Assembly (NCBI GenBank): GCA_025351245.1
Contig: JANXWH010000152.1
Location: 8,824 to 72,823, forward strand
DNA length: 64,000 nucleotides
Direction: 5' to 3'
Origin: Chloroflexota bacterium
Lineage (GTDB): Bacteria > Chloroflexota > Limnocylindria > Limnocylindrales > CSP1-4
Part shown: positions 10,916 through 20,500 of the stretch, piece by piece
Layout: the number at the start of each line of letters is the position of its first letter
Numbering within the stretch: position 1 is the stretch's first letter
Notes under the pieces: model-generated
The model's database searches: none
The model's input: the letters and a program-made list of their open reading frames with translations, nothing else
What the model was told of the DNA's origin: nothing
Made by a program: the position numbers and the translations under genes

Positions 10916-11968
10916 TCATCGCCCGGCGCCGGCGGGCAGGGGCCGCTTCGCGACGGCGATCGGCCGGCCTTCCTTGAACGACTGGGTCGCCGCGTCGGCG
11001 ATGGCGAGCGCGGCGCGCCCGTCCTCGCCCGTCACGCGCGGCGCACGCCCTTCGCGCAGGCAGGCCACGAAGTCCTCGACTTCGACGACGTAGGACGCCT
11101 CGAAGCGCTGGAGGAACCAGTAGATGTTGTCGTGGGTGACCCCATCCTTGCCGTAGCGGCGGACCAACGTCTCCGGGGCCTCTCCCACCACGACCTTGCC
11201 GCCGGAGCCGAAGACCTCCGTGCTCACGTCGTAGCCGTAGACGGCGCGGCGCGAGGAGGTCACCACGCCCAGGGCCCCGTTGTCGAAGCGGAGCGAGGCG
11301 ACCACGGTGTCCGCGTCGCCGATCTCGCCGATCGCCGGGTCCACGAGCGCGGCGCCGTAGGCGAAGACCTCCACGACCTCGTGACCGGTCAGGTACCGGA
11401 CGAGGTCGAAGTCATGGATCGAGCAGTCGCGGAAGATCCCGCCCGAGACCGCCAGGTAGGCGAGCGGCGCCGGCTGGGGGTCGCGGCTGGTGGCCGTGAC
11501 GAGCTCAACCTTGCCGACCGCGCCGTCCTCGATCATCTTCCGGGCGCGCACGTAGGACGGGTCGTAGCGGCGCTGGAATCCGATCTGGAGGGGCACGCCG
11601 GCCTTCTCGGCGGCGCTGATCGCGGCAAGGGTCCGCTCCATGGTCAGGTCGATCGGCTTCTCGCACAGGATGGGCTTGCCATACGAGGCCGCCAGCTCGA
11701 TCAGGTCGGCGTGCGTGTTCGTGGGCGTCGCGATGAGGACCGCGTCGACCGCCGGGTCCGCGATGGCCTCGGCCGGGTCGGAGGTCCACTTGGCACCGAA
11801 GTCGGCGGCACAGGCGCGGCCCACGTCCTCGAGCGGCTCCACGATCCACGGGACGCGGCAGCTCTCCACGCGGTGGGCCAGCGTCTCGGCGTGCTTGCGG
11901 CCGATCCGGCCGGCCCCCAGGACCGCGACGGCGAGGGGGGCGTGACGGGTACCGGGAGCGGCGCTCAT
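10916..11968 (-). CDS. iolG: inositol 2-dehydrogenase-like Gfo/Idh/MocA oxidoreductase
   Basis: Rossmann motif VLGAGRIGRKH, then EKP, GFQRRYD and YGYD motifs resembling IolG. It sits inside the iol cluster. Confidence 0.75.
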   Translation of the reverse strand: MSAAPGTRHAPLAVAVLGAGRIGRKHAETLAHRVESCRVPWIVEPLEDVGRACAADFGAKWTSDPAEAIADPAVDAVLIATPTNTHADLIELAASYGKPILCEKPIDLTMERTLAAISAAEKAGVPLQIGFQRRYDPSYVRARKMIEDGAVGKVELVTATSRDPQPAPLAYLAVSGGIFRDCSIHDFDLVRYLTGHEVVEVFAYGAALVDPAIGEIGDADTVVASLRFDNGALGVVTSSRRAVYGYDVSTEVFGSGGKVVVGEAPETLVRRYGKDGVTHDNIYWFLQRFEASYVVEVEDFVACLREGRAPRVTGEDGRAALAIADAATQSFKEGRPIAVAKRPLPAGAGR

Positions 11969-12981
11969 GGAAGTTCCTCCAGCAGGACGGGTCGGCCTTC
12001 CTCGACCGACCGGATGGCGGCAGCACCGATGCGGAGAGCGGCGAGCCCGTCGTCGAGCGTGGCGGCGGGCTGCGCCGTCCCCCGGACGGCGTCGATGAAC
12101 GTGTCCAGCTCGCGCCCGAACGCGTCCTGGAAGCGATTCCAGAACCAGTCGTCGCGGAGGCGCGGCGTGACCTCGGAACGGGCGGTGGTCTCCGTCCGGA
12201 CGATGAACGGGATCGTCTCCGCGCCGAGGATCTCGACCTCGCCGAGTGACCCCTCAACCTCCCCGCGGATGTCATAGCCGTAGCGGGCGAAGCGGCTGGC
12301 CTCGGCAAGCCCGCTCGCCCCCCCGGCGAACGAGACGAGGACACGGGCGTGATCGAAGTCGCCCTGCGACTCGAGCTCGGGCTGGACCATGCAGCGGGCC
12401 TCGGCGTACACGGAGACGGGCTCGTCGCCGATCAGCCAGCGGCAGGCGTCGTAGTCGTGGCCCAGCAGGTCCATCAGCAGGCCGCCCGAATCGACGCTCA
12501 CGCTCGTGATCCCGCGCGGATCGCGTGTGCAGCTGAAGGCCGCGATCGGCGTGCCGATCTCGCCGGCCTCGATCGCGGCGCGAGCCCGGACGTAGGCCGG
12601 GTCGCTGCGACGCTGGAAGCCGACCTGGACCAGGATCCCGGCGCGCTTCGCGGCCGCGACGGCACGCACGCCGTCCGGCACGTCCAGGGCAATCATCTTC
12701 TCGACGAAGAGCGGCTTCCCGGCCGACGCGCAGGCCTCGATGATGGCCGGGTGGGTGCGGGCGTTGAGCGCCGCCACGACGACGTCCACCGACGGGTCGT
12801 CCACCACGGCGGTCCAGTCGGACGTCCAGGGCGCTCCGATCTCGTCGGCGACGGCGCGGCTCCGCTCGCCGGAGCTGGCCAGGACGGCGCGAGTCCCGCG
12901 ACGGCCGGCCGCGATGTTCCGGGCATGGCGTGCTCCGAGCCAGCCCAGCCCGATCAGGCCGACGCGGATTGTGGCGGACAC
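11965..12981 (-). CDS. second IolG-like Gfo/Idh/MocA oxidoreductase (tandem paralogue)
   Basis: Motifs GLIGLGWLGARH, EKM, GFQRRSD and YGYDIRGEV. Its stop overlaps the downstream iolG-like start (ATGA). Confidence 0.75.
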   Translation of the reverse strand: MSATIRVGLIGLGWLGARHARNIAAGRRGTRAVLASSGERSRAVADEIGAPWTSDWTAVVDDPSVDVVVAALNARTHPAIIEACASAGKPLFVEKMIALDVPDGVRAVAAAKRAGILVQVGFQRRSDPAYVRARAAIEAGEIGTPIAAFSCTRDPRGITSVSVDSGGLLMDLLGHDYDACRWLIGDEPVSVYAEARCMVQPELESQGDFDHARVLVSFAGGASGLAEASRFARYGYDIRGEVEGSLGEVEILGAETIPFIVRTETTARSEVTPRLRDDWFWNRFQDAFGRELDTFIDAVRGTAQPAATLDDGLAALRIGAAAIRSVEEGRPVLLEELP

Positions 12982-13031
12982 GGACGTGCCTCCTTGGGCG
13001 TGCTGAGTGTGCGGGGTGCGCGGAAGAGAAT

Positions 13032-13061
13032 GGGCGCGCGGCCGGCGGGGTCCGCGCGCCC
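13032..13061 (-). terminator. GC-rich hairpin after the substrate-binding-protein gene
   Basis: A 10-bp perfect inverted repeat GGGCGCGCGG/CCGCGCGCCC with a 10-nt loop, about 20 nt after the stop. On the transcribed strand it is followed by ATTCTCTTCC. Confidence 0.35.
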
Positions 13062-13080
13062 GGAAACCGAGGCGAGGGGC

Positions 13081-14064
13081 CTACTTGAAGTTGGCGACGT
13101 TGTCCTTCGTGACGAGCTCGACGCCCGTGTTCACGCTGGCATTGACCGTCTGGCCGGCGATGACCTTGACCGCGGTCTCGACGCCCATCTGGCCGATCTT
13201 CTTGGGGAACTGCGCGATGGAGCCCGTGAGCCCGCCTGCCGCGACCGAGGCGAGGGCATCCGGGTTGGCATCGAACCCGATGATCGGGATCGTCTTGTTG
13301 GCCTGCTGGGCGGCCTTGAGGGCGCCGAGGGCCATCTCATCGTTCGTGGCAAAGACGGCCTTCAGATCCGGGTTGGCCTGCAGCACGTTCTCCATCACCG
13401 ACTGACCCTTGGCCCGGTCGGAGTCGGCAGGCTGGACGATGACGGTGGCGCCGGCCGCCTTGAGAACGTCGGACGCGCCCTTCTCGCGCAGGTTGTGGAC
13501 GGCGTCGCCCGCCTGGCCACGGATGATCAGGACCTTGTCGCCGGCCTTTACGCCGACCGTCTTGACGAAGAAGTCGCCGGCCGCCTTGCCGCCCGCGGCG
13601 TTGTCTGTGCCGACAAACGCCTTCTTGGGAGCAAATTCCTTGTTGGTGTCGATCAGGATGATCGGGATCCCTGCGTCGGCCGCCTTCTGGAGCGAGGGCA
13701 GCACCTGGTCCGCACCCGTCACGGCGATCACGATCGCCGCAACCTTCTTGGCGACGGCGGACTCGACCTCGGCGATCTGGGCCGTGACGTTCGTCTCCGC
13801 ATCCGGACCTTCGAACGTGATCGTGCAGCCGGGGAACTCGGCCTTCGCGTCATCGACGCCGGCGCCCACCGTCTTCCAGTAGGTGCTGGTGCCGGCCTTG
13901 ACGATCACCGCGATCGTCTTGCCCTGGCAGGCGGCTGCACCGGTGGCGCCGCCCGCGCTCGCCGCGGGCGAGGCCGCCGGAGCCGTGGTCGCGCCGGATG
14001 AACAGGCCGCCAGGAGCAGGCCGAGTGCGGCGACGCTCGCGGCACGTGTGCGCTTGGACTTCAC
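13081..14064 (-). CDS. sugar ABC transporter substrate-binding lipoprotein (RbsB/type-I PBP fold)
   Basis: Signal peptide with lipobox LLAAC-S and periplasmic-binding-protein-like sequence. GTG start at 14064 with AGGAGG 7 nt upstream; the track start at 14160 was rejected. Confidence 0.85.
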   Translation of the reverse strand: MKSKRTRAASVAALGLLLAACSSGATTAPAASPAASAGGATGAAACQGKTIAVIVKAGTSTYWKTVGAGVDDAKAEFPGCTITFEGPDAETNVTAQIAEVESAVAKKVAAIVIAVTGADQVLPSLQKAADAGIPIILIDTNKEFAPKKAFVGTDNAAGGKAAGDFFVKTVGVKAGDKVLIIRGQAGDAVHNLREKGASDVLKAAGATVIVQPADSDRAKGQSVMENVLQANPDLKAVFATNDEMALGALKAAQQANKTIPIIGFDANPDALASVAAGGLTGSIAQFPKKIGQMGVETAVKVIAGQTVNASVNTGVELVTKDNVANFK

Positions 14065-14197
14065 GTGTGATCCTCCTCTGGGGAGCTGATCAGCCAGCTC
14101 CGTGCTCGTACGGGTGCATTGGTTGCGCGGCGATCGTGGGGCGAACCTCCTCTCCAGCATGCCCGACCGACGGCGGGCACCCGACTTCAGCGGGATG

Positions 14198-15223
14198 TCA
14201 CCGGGACTGCCCGGCGCGCCGCCGGAGAACGTCGACGTATACGGCCGCGATGATCACGGCGCCGATGACCACGGTCTGCCAGTTCGTGTCGACGCTCATG
14301 ATATTCAGGCCATTCCGCAGGACCCCCATGATGAGGGCCCCGATGAGGGTCCCACTCACCGTGCCCACCCCACCGAAGAAGCTGGTGCCGCCGATGATGC
14401 AGGCGCTGATGGCATCGAGCTCGAAGCCGAGCCCTGCGTTCGGGTACCCCGAGTCCGTTCGCCCGGCGAGGACGACTGCCGCGAGGCCGGCCATGAGTCC
14501 GGAGATCGTGTAGACGAGGACCAGGATCCGGTCCACGGGCACCCCGGAGAGTCGCGCCGCCTCGGGGTTGCCGCCGGTTGCGTAGATGTGACGCCCGACG
14601 ACGGTCCGATTCAGGAAGAAGTAGAACCCGACGTATGCGAGGACGACCACGAAGAGCATGATCGGGATCGAGACGGCACCGTCACCCGAGCCAAGCCGGA
14701 TCTCATCGTTCCCGATGAACTTGACGATCCCGCCGCCGAGCGCCGAAATCGAGGCCCCGCCGGTGATCACGAGCGCTGCCCCGCGCGCGATGTTCATCAT
14801 GCCGAGGGTGCTGATGAAGGGATGGGGCAGGTGGAGCCGGGTCAGGAGCAGGCCGTTGCCCACACCCAGCGCGGCGCCTACCAGGAGGGCGGCGAGCAGC
14901 CCGATCGATTGGTCGAGACCCGCCTTCGTGATGACCATCGCCAGGACGACCATGGCAAGCGCGAGCACGGCGCCGACGGAGAGGTCGATGCCACCCGTCA
15001 GGATGACGACGAGCATTCCCAGCGCGAGCAGCGCGTTGACCGACGTCTGACGGGCGATCCCCGCCAGGTTGCCCGTGGTCAGGAAGGACGGCGACGAGAA
15101 TGCGAAGATGGCGATCAGCAGGATCAGACCGAGCAGGGCACCCAGCTGGAAGGCGACCTCGGTCCAGTTGCGCCGCTCTTCAGACTGGGCGACGGCGGCC
15201 CCGGGCTCAGGCTGCGACGACAT
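14198..15223 (-). CDS. sugar ABC transporter permease (RbsC/AraH family)
   Basis: 341 aa and highly hydrophobic, with about 9-10 predicted TM segments. It is positioned between the ATPase and binding-protein genes. Confidence 0.85.
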   Translation of the reverse strand: MSSQPEPGAAVAQSEERRNWTEVAFQLGALLGLILLIAIFAFSSPSFLTTGNLAGIARQTSVNALLALGMLVVILTGGIDLSVGAVLALAMVVLAMVITKAGLDQSIGLLAALLVGAALGVGNGLLLTRLHLPHPFISTLGMMNIARGAALVITGGASISALGGGIVKFIGNDEIRLGSGDGAVSIPIMLFVVVLAYVGFYFFLNRTVVGRHIYATGGNPEAARLSGVPVDRILVLVYTISGLMAGLAAVVLAGRTDSGYPNAGLGFELDAISACIIGGTSFFGGVGTVSGTLIGALIMGVLRNGLNIMSVDTNWQTVVIGAVIIAAVYVDVLRRRAGQSR

Positions 15224-16742
15224 GTTCCTGCCCCATCGCTGCGGCCAGGATCCGCTCCTGGTTCATCTCGTCGCCCGCCAGCTCGGCGACGATGCTGCCT
15301 CCTCGCATGACGAGGACCCGGTCGCTCATGCCCAGGACCTCCGGTAGCTCGCTCGAGACCATGACGATGGCGGCGCCCTGCTGCACCAGGCTCGTCATCA
15401 GCTGGTAGACCTCCACCTTCGCCCCCACGTCGATTCCCCGCGTCGGCTCGTCGAAGATCAGGACTCGAGAGCGCGAGGCCAGCCACTTCGCAAGGACGAC
15501 CTTCTGCTGCGTTCCGCCCGACAGGGAGCGGGCGGGCCGGTAGACCGACGGCGTCCGGATGCGCAGCGACTCGACGAACCCGCGGGCGCGGGCCGCGACC
15601 TTGCCGAGATCGAGGAACCCGTGCCGCGAGACGTCGCCCGGCGACGCCATGCTGACGTTCTCCGCGATCGACAGGAGGAGCACGAGGCCCTGCGTCTTGC
15701 GGTCCTCGGGCAGCAGCCCGATTCCCGCCCGGATCGCGTCGACCGGATGGTGGACCCCAACCTCCTTCCCGTCGACGAAGATTCGGCCGGCGTCCAGGTG
15801 GTCGGCGCCGAAGATGGCTCGCACGAGCTCCGTGCGGCCCGCCCCGACGAGGCCGGCGATCCCGAGGATCTCGCCTGCCCGCACGGCGAAGCTCGCGTCG
15901 TTGAGGACGCCGCGGCGTTCGAGGTGCTCCACCCGGAGCACCTCCGCGCCGGGCTTGACCAGCTTCTTCGGGTACTGCTGGGTCAGGTCGCGGCCGACCA
16001 TCAACCGGATGAAGTCGGCGATCGGCGAGCTGGCAGGAACCGTGTCGACGTAGTGGCCATCGCGCAGGACGGTGACGGTCGTGCCGACCTGAGGAACCTC
16101 CTCGAGGCGGTGGCTGATGTAGATCACACCCGCGCCGCGTGCCTGGAGCTGCTTCACGACCCGAAAGAGCTGGATGATCTCGTGGTTCGTAAGCGCGGAG
16201 GTCGGCTCGTCCATCACGACGATGTCTGCGTTGGCGCTGACGGACCGGGCGATCTCGACCATCTGCTGCTGGGCCACGCCCAGCTTCCCGACCTGGTGGC
16301 CGGGATCGATCGGCAGGTCCAGCTCCCTGAGGATGGCCGACGTCTCTCGGCGCATCCGGGCCCAGTCGATGACGCCCGGCCGCCCCGGGATCCGCGGCTC
16401 GCGGCCCATGAAGACGTTCTCCATGACCGAGAGCTGGGAAACCAGGTTGAACTCCTGGTAGATCACCGCGATCCCGAGGTCAAGGGCATCGCGAGGCGAG
16501 TTGATCTTCACCTCGCGACCCTTGAGCTCGATCTTCCCGGCGTCCGCGTGGTATGCGCCGCCGAGGATCTTCATCAGCGTGCTCTTGCCCGCGCCGTTCT
16601 CGCCGAGGAGCACGAGCACCTCGCCGGCGCGGACCTCCAGCTGCACGTCGTCGAGCGCCACGACCCCGGGGAACCGCTTGGTGATCCCCGACATGCGGAG
16701 AAGCACGTCGCCGGAACCGGCAGTGGTCGTCATGGTGACCAA
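15207..16742 (-). CDS. sugar ABC transporter ATP-binding protein (duplicated ATPase, RbsA/MglA type)
   Basis: Two nucleotide-binding domains: Walker A GENGAGKST and GLVGAGRTE, and signatures LGVAQQQ and LSGGTQQK. Confidence 0.9.
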   Translation of the reverse strand: MVTMTTTAGSGDVLLRMSGITKRFPGVVALDDVQLEVRAGEVLVLLGENGAGKSTLMKILGGAYHADAGKIELKGREVKINSPRDALDLGIAVIYQEFNLVSQLSVMENVFMGREPRIPGRPGVIDWARMRRETSAILRELDLPIDPGHQVGKLGVAQQQMVEIARSVSANADIVVMDEPTSALTNHEIIQLFRVVKQLQARGAGVIYISHRLEEVPQVGTTVTVLRDGHYVDTVPASSPIADFIRLMVGRDLTQQYPKKLVKPGAEVLRVEHLERRGVLNDASFAVRAGEILGIAGLVGAGRTELVRAIFGADHLDAGRIFVDGKEVGVHHPVDAIRAGIGLLPEDRKTQGLVLLLSIAENVSMASPGDVSRHGFLDLGKVAARARGFVESLRIRTPSVYRPARSLSGGTQQKVVLAKWLASRSRVLIFDEPTRGIDVGAKVEVYQLMTSLVQQGAAIVMVSSELPEVLGMSDRVLVMRGGSIVAELAGDEMNQERILAAAMGQEHVVAA

Positions 16743-16744
16743 GC

Positions 16745-17692
16745 CTACCCGGCCAGCTCGCGGAGAATCAGGTCCACGACCGCGCGGCTCATCGCGGCGC
16801 TCTCGGACGGCGGACGCCAGGTCGTGTCCTGCTCGACCATCACCCAGCCCGCGTAGTCCATCCCGTCGAGCGTCCGCAGCACGCCGCGAACATCGAGGAG
16901 GCCGCGGCCGGATTCGCAGAAGACGCGGCTCCGGAGGCCAGCCAGAAAGCCGTCGACCTCACCCGTGGCCATCGCGGCCTTCACGGTCGGGTCCACGTCC
17001 TTGAGGTGGACATGCTTCACGCGGTCGCCGTAGCGGGTCAGCCCGGCGACGGGGTCGCCGCCGCCGAGGAGGTAGTGGCCGACGTCGAGGCACGACCCGA
17101 CGACCGCCGGGTCGCTCATCGAGAAGAGCTTCTCGACTTCGGTCGGTGTCTCGACGTACGTGCCGACGTGGTTGTGGAACGCGAGCGGGTGGCCCAGGTC
17201 GGCAGCCTCGCGGCCGAGTGTCTCCAGGAGCACCGCCAGGCGGCGGAACCCCTCGTCGGTCATCCTCGGGACGTCCGGGCCGTCGGCGCGCCCGCCCCAC
17301 GGGACGCGGGCCGGGCCTACAGGCAGCGCCGCCACCAGCGTGTCGCCGTGAACGGCATGCAGCTCGGCGAGCTTCGCCCGACCGACCTCCAGGGCGCTCG
17401 CCACCGGGCCGTCCGCGTCGCACTCGATGCAGGCATAGGCCTCGGCGATGCACAGGTCGCGTGCCGCTAGGGCCTCGTCGAGGGCCGCGCCGCGCGGGAA
17501 CGACCCGGCGAGCTGGGTGCCCTCGAAGCCGAGCCGGGAGATCTCGTCGAGGATCTGGAGAGGCTCGATCGGCGGGGTCAGCTCCGGCAGGTCGTCGTTC
17601 GCCCAGAGGATGTGGACGATCCCGATCCTCGCGCGCGGGATGGCGCGGCGGCCGACGACTGCGGCCGGCTCAATGGTTCGTGCGCCCGTCAT
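16745..17692 (-). CDS. iolE: inosose dehydratase-like sugar phosphate isomerase/epimerase (TIM barrel, IolE-like)
   Basis: Xylose-isomerase-like TIM sequence (FHNHVGTYVETP...CLDVGH...HLKD). The ATG at 17692 overlaps the iolD stop (ATGA). Operon context supports the call. Confidence 0.7.
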   Translation of the reverse strand: MTGARTIEPAAVVGRRAIPRARIGIVHILWANDDLPELTPPIEPLQILDEISRLGFEGTQLAGSFPRGAALDEALAARDLCIAEAYACIECDADGPVASALEVGRAKLAELHAVHGDTLVAALPVGPARVPWGGRADGPDVPRMTDEGFRRLAVLLETLGREAADLGHPLAFHNHVGTYVETPTEVEKLFSMSDPAVVGSCLDVGHYLLGGGDPVAGLTRYGDRVKHVHLKDVDPTVKAAMATGEVDGFLAGLRSRVFCESGRGLLDVRGVLRTLDGMDYAGWVMVEQDTTWRPPSESAAMSRAVVDLILRELAG

Positions 17693-19506
17693 CGCTGCTG
17701 CTCCTCTGCGCGGCCAGCGAGCTGGCTCGCGTATTGCTCGGGATGGAACTCCGGGACCGGGGCATCCCACCACCCGGTCTTGTCGAGGGCGTGCTCCGCC
17801 TCCCGGCCGACGTTCACGGCGACGAGGGCGGGCCCACCGTGGGCGAGGGCGCGCTCCACGGCCGGGCGGACTGCATCGGGGTGGTCCACCTGCTCCGCGT
17901 GGAGCCCGAAGGCCTCGCCGATCGCGCGGTAGTCGGGCGAGTAGAGGGAGCCGTCGGGACGCAGGAAGTCGGTCTTTGCCGTGCGGCCGAAGAAGCTGCG
18001 CTGGCCGCCCTTGATGCTCATCCAGCCGCTGTTGTTGAGCACCACGAAGACGACCGGGAGGCCCAGGAGCTCCGCGGCGGCAAGCTCCTGGACCGTCTGC
18101 AGAAAGTCGCCGTCGCCTGCGATCCCGATCACCTGGCGGTCGGGTCGGCCGAGCTTGGCGCCGATCGCGCCGGGGACGGTGAAGCCCATCGTGCTGAAGC
18201 CGCCCGACGTGATGTGCGTCCGCGGGGCACGGGTCACCCAGTTCTGCTTGACGATGCTCTGGGGCAGCCCGGCCCCGGTCACGACGATGGCGTCGGGCTG
18301 GGTCGCCTGCTGGATCTCGAAGATCGCCCGGGCCTGGGTCATGGGCACCAGGCTCGAGCGTTCCTTCTTGCGCTTGAGCTCCGCCCAGGCCGCCTTCTTC
18401 GCCTGGATCTCCTCGAAGTAGGCGGTGCTGCGGTAGTGGCCGGCAGTCGCCGGGCCCAGCGCCTCGAGCAGGTCCTCCAGGGTCGCTTTCGCGTCACCGA
18501 GGAGGCCAACCTCGACGGGGTAGTTCTTGCCGATCTCGCGCGGGTCGATGTCGAGGTGGATCAGCTTGCTGGGCGGGATCGAGAACGTGACGCCCTTGCG
18601 CCACGAGCTCGCCGACCAGTCGGTGAACCGGCAGCCAACGGCCAGGAGCACATCGGCGGACGCCGCGAGCTCGTTGCCGGAGGTGGAGGCCGTGTCCCCG
18701 ATGCTCCAGGCATTCAGCTCGTGGGTCTCGTCGATGGCCCCCTTGCCCTGCCACGTCGTGACGACCGGGGCGCCAAGGCGCTCCGCGAGCACGGTCAGCT
18801 CCGCCCAGGCGCCAGCCAGCATGACGCCGCCGCCGGCCACGATGACCGGCCGCGTTGCCGCGCGGAGCAGGGCCGCCGCGCGCTCGACATCCTGCCCCGC
18901 GGCGCGGGGGCCGTGGCGGGCCTCACGAGCTTCCGGGTCCGGGATCACGACATCGGCCGCGTCCGCCTGGACGTCCATCGGCAGGTCCAGCAGGACCGGC
19001 CCCGGGCGCCCGGAGAGCATCTGGTTCCAGGCCCGGTGCAGGACGAACGGCAGCTCGTCCACGCGCGACGGCTGCCACCACTCCTTGACGACCGGCTCGA
19101 AGATCCGCGGGTTGTCGGCGACGTGGCGGCGCTCCACCTCCTGGAACAGCCCGTGGCCGCGCATGTACGTGTGGGCGGATCCCGTCATGAGCATCACCGC
19201 GGTCGAGTCGGCATAGGCCGTCGCCATGCCGACCACCGTGTTGGTCTGCCCCGGGCCGATGCTCGTGAATGCCAGGAGCGGGCGGCCCGTGACCCGGTAA
19301 TAGCTGTCGGCGACGTGGACCGCGGACTGCTCGTGCATGACCTGGATGGTCTGCACCTGGTCGGCGTAATCAAGGAGCACGTCGGTCAGGTTCCAGCACC
19401 CGTGGCCGGGGATACCCACCGCGTAGGGGACGCCCTGGCGGACCAGGTACTCGACCAGGATCTGGGTGCCCGTCAGCCGGCGCGCACCGGCCGCCTCCGA
19501 ACCCAT
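17689..19506 (-). CDS. iolD: thiamine-diphosphate enzyme, IolD-like (3D-(3,5/4)-trihydroxycyclohexane-1,2-dione hydrolase)
   Basis: It has the three-domain ThDP layout and the ThDP motif GDGDF...NNSGW. The ATG at 19506 has GGAGG 5 nt upstream; the track start at 19518 has no SD. Context with iolE, iolB and iolG supports the call. Confidence 0.8.
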   Translation of the reverse strand: MGSEAAGARRLTGTQILVEYLVRQGVPYAVGIPGHGCWNLTDVLLDYADQVQTIQVMHEQSAVHVADSYYRVTGRPLLAFTSIGPGQTNTVVGMATAYADSTAVMLMTGSAHTYMRGHGLFQEVERRHVADNPRIFEPVVKEWWQPSRVDELPFVLHRAWNQMLSGRPGPVLLDLPMDVQADAADVVIPDPEAREARHGPRAAGQDVERAAALLRAATRPVIVAGGGVMLAGAWAELTVLAERLGAPVVTTWQGKGAIDETHELNAWSIGDTASTSGNELAASADVLLAVGCRFTDWSASSWRKGVTFSIPPSKLIHLDIDPREIGKNYPVEVGLLGDAKATLEDLLEALGPATAGHYRSTAYFEEIQAKKAAWAELKRKKERSSLVPMTQARAIFEIQQATQPDAIVVTGAGLPQSIVKQNWVTRAPRTHITSGGFSTMGFTVPGAIGAKLGRPDRQVIGIAGDGDFLQTVQELAAAELLGLPVVFVVLNNSGWMSIKGGQRSFFGRTAKTDFLRPDGSLYSPDYRAIGEAFGLHAEQVDHPDAVRPAVERALAHGGPALVAVNVGREAEHALDKTGWWDAPVPEFHPEQYASQLAGRAEEQQR

Positions 19507-19636
19507 CGTCGCCTCCATGCTGGCCGCACCCGCCGGACGCGGCGTGTCCGATTCCTCCAGTCCCCGCTATCCGCGGTCCACCGCTCGAACCGCCGGCCCT
19601 CCCGCCTCCGCGCCCAATGGTTCCCCGTGGGAACCG

Positions 19637-19650
19637 TGTAATCGATTGCA
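19637..19650. promoter_or_regulatory. candidate LacI-family operator TGTAATCGATTGCA
   Basis: A 14-bp CG-centred near-palindrome (12 of 14 positions symmetric) matching the generic LacI/cre pattern TGnAAnCGnTTnCA. It lies about 130 nt upstream of the iolD start, in the only sizeable intergenic region of the cluster. Confidence 0.5.
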
Positions 19651-19831
19651 CCGCATCTTGCGCGCCTCCAGTGTTGCCGTCAAGACGGGATTCGGCGGAC
19701 TGTGAACGCGGTCGAAACGCACGCGTGGACCGGTCACGAGGCCTTCATGCAAAACGATCACACGAATGCGTGGGCGCCGTCCTCGCGCGGCCCGTCGTCA
19801 CTCGCCGGCGGCTGTCCGTCGCCGCGCGGGG

Positions 19832-20344
19832 TCACTGGCCTGCGGCGCTCCCGGACCCGAACAGGGCGACGAGCCAACTCTCCAGCGGGGTCTGCTGTTG
19901 CCTTGCGGTGCCCAGCCGGCGAACCGGCGTGCCCGGCGCGTCAGGCGCGATCGACGGGGCGTCAACGGCGATCTCGAAGGGCCGCTCGGACTTCGAACCC
20001 AGCCCGTAGCCGCGCGCCTGCTGGAGGATCCAGCGCTGCGTCTGGACGAGGTTCAACTCGTCGCGGAGCGCCGTCACGTGGGCGACCAGGGCCTCGTTCG
20101 TGGCTTGCTCCTGGACCGCGCGCTCGGCGGCACGCCCGGCCTCGGACGCCTGGCCAGCGAAGCTGATGACGACCCAGATCGTGACGAGCGCCGTCGCCGC
20201 CCAGCCGACGCGACGTCGCGAGAACCCCGCGATCCCCAGCCCGGCCAGCGACACGGGCGACGTACCGGCACCCGGCGACGGTGCGCTCCCCGCCTCCTCG
20301 ATCGCCTCGGGGACGGCCACGCTCGACGGCGGCTTGGGCGGCAT
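19832..20344 (-). CDS. septum formation initiator (FtsB/DivIC-like) protein
   Basis: A single TM segment (WAATALVTIWVVISFAG) is followed by a coiled-coil stretch and the conserved ...QQARGYGLGSKSERPFEI tail typical of FtsB/DivIC. Confidence 0.65.
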   Translation of the reverse strand: MPPKPPSSVAVPEAIEEAGSAPSPGAGTSPVSLAGLGIAGFSRRRVGWAATALVTIWVVISFAGQASEAGRAAERAVQEQATNEALVAHVTALRDELNLVQTQRWILQQARGYGLGSKSERPFEIAVDAPSIAPDAPGTPVRRLGTARQQQTPLESWLVALFGSGSAAGQ

Positions 20345-20500
20345 GGCCGGATGGTAGCTGCACGCAGCTAGCGTGTCAAACCGCGCGGCGTGCCGGACAA
20401 GCTGTCACGGACCACGTGGACGATCCGCCGGGCGCCCGGATCTGGGTGCTAGACTGCCGCCATACCGCTCATCTGTTCGAATACAACCGGAGGCGCAACG

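Noticed and set aside
14085-14094. Perfect 10-bp palindrome GCTGATCAGC just upstream of the binding-protein gene SD, considered as a second operator
   Set aside because: It is too short, does not resemble the LacI-type site at 19637-19650, and could arise by chance or act only as a small mRNA hairpin.
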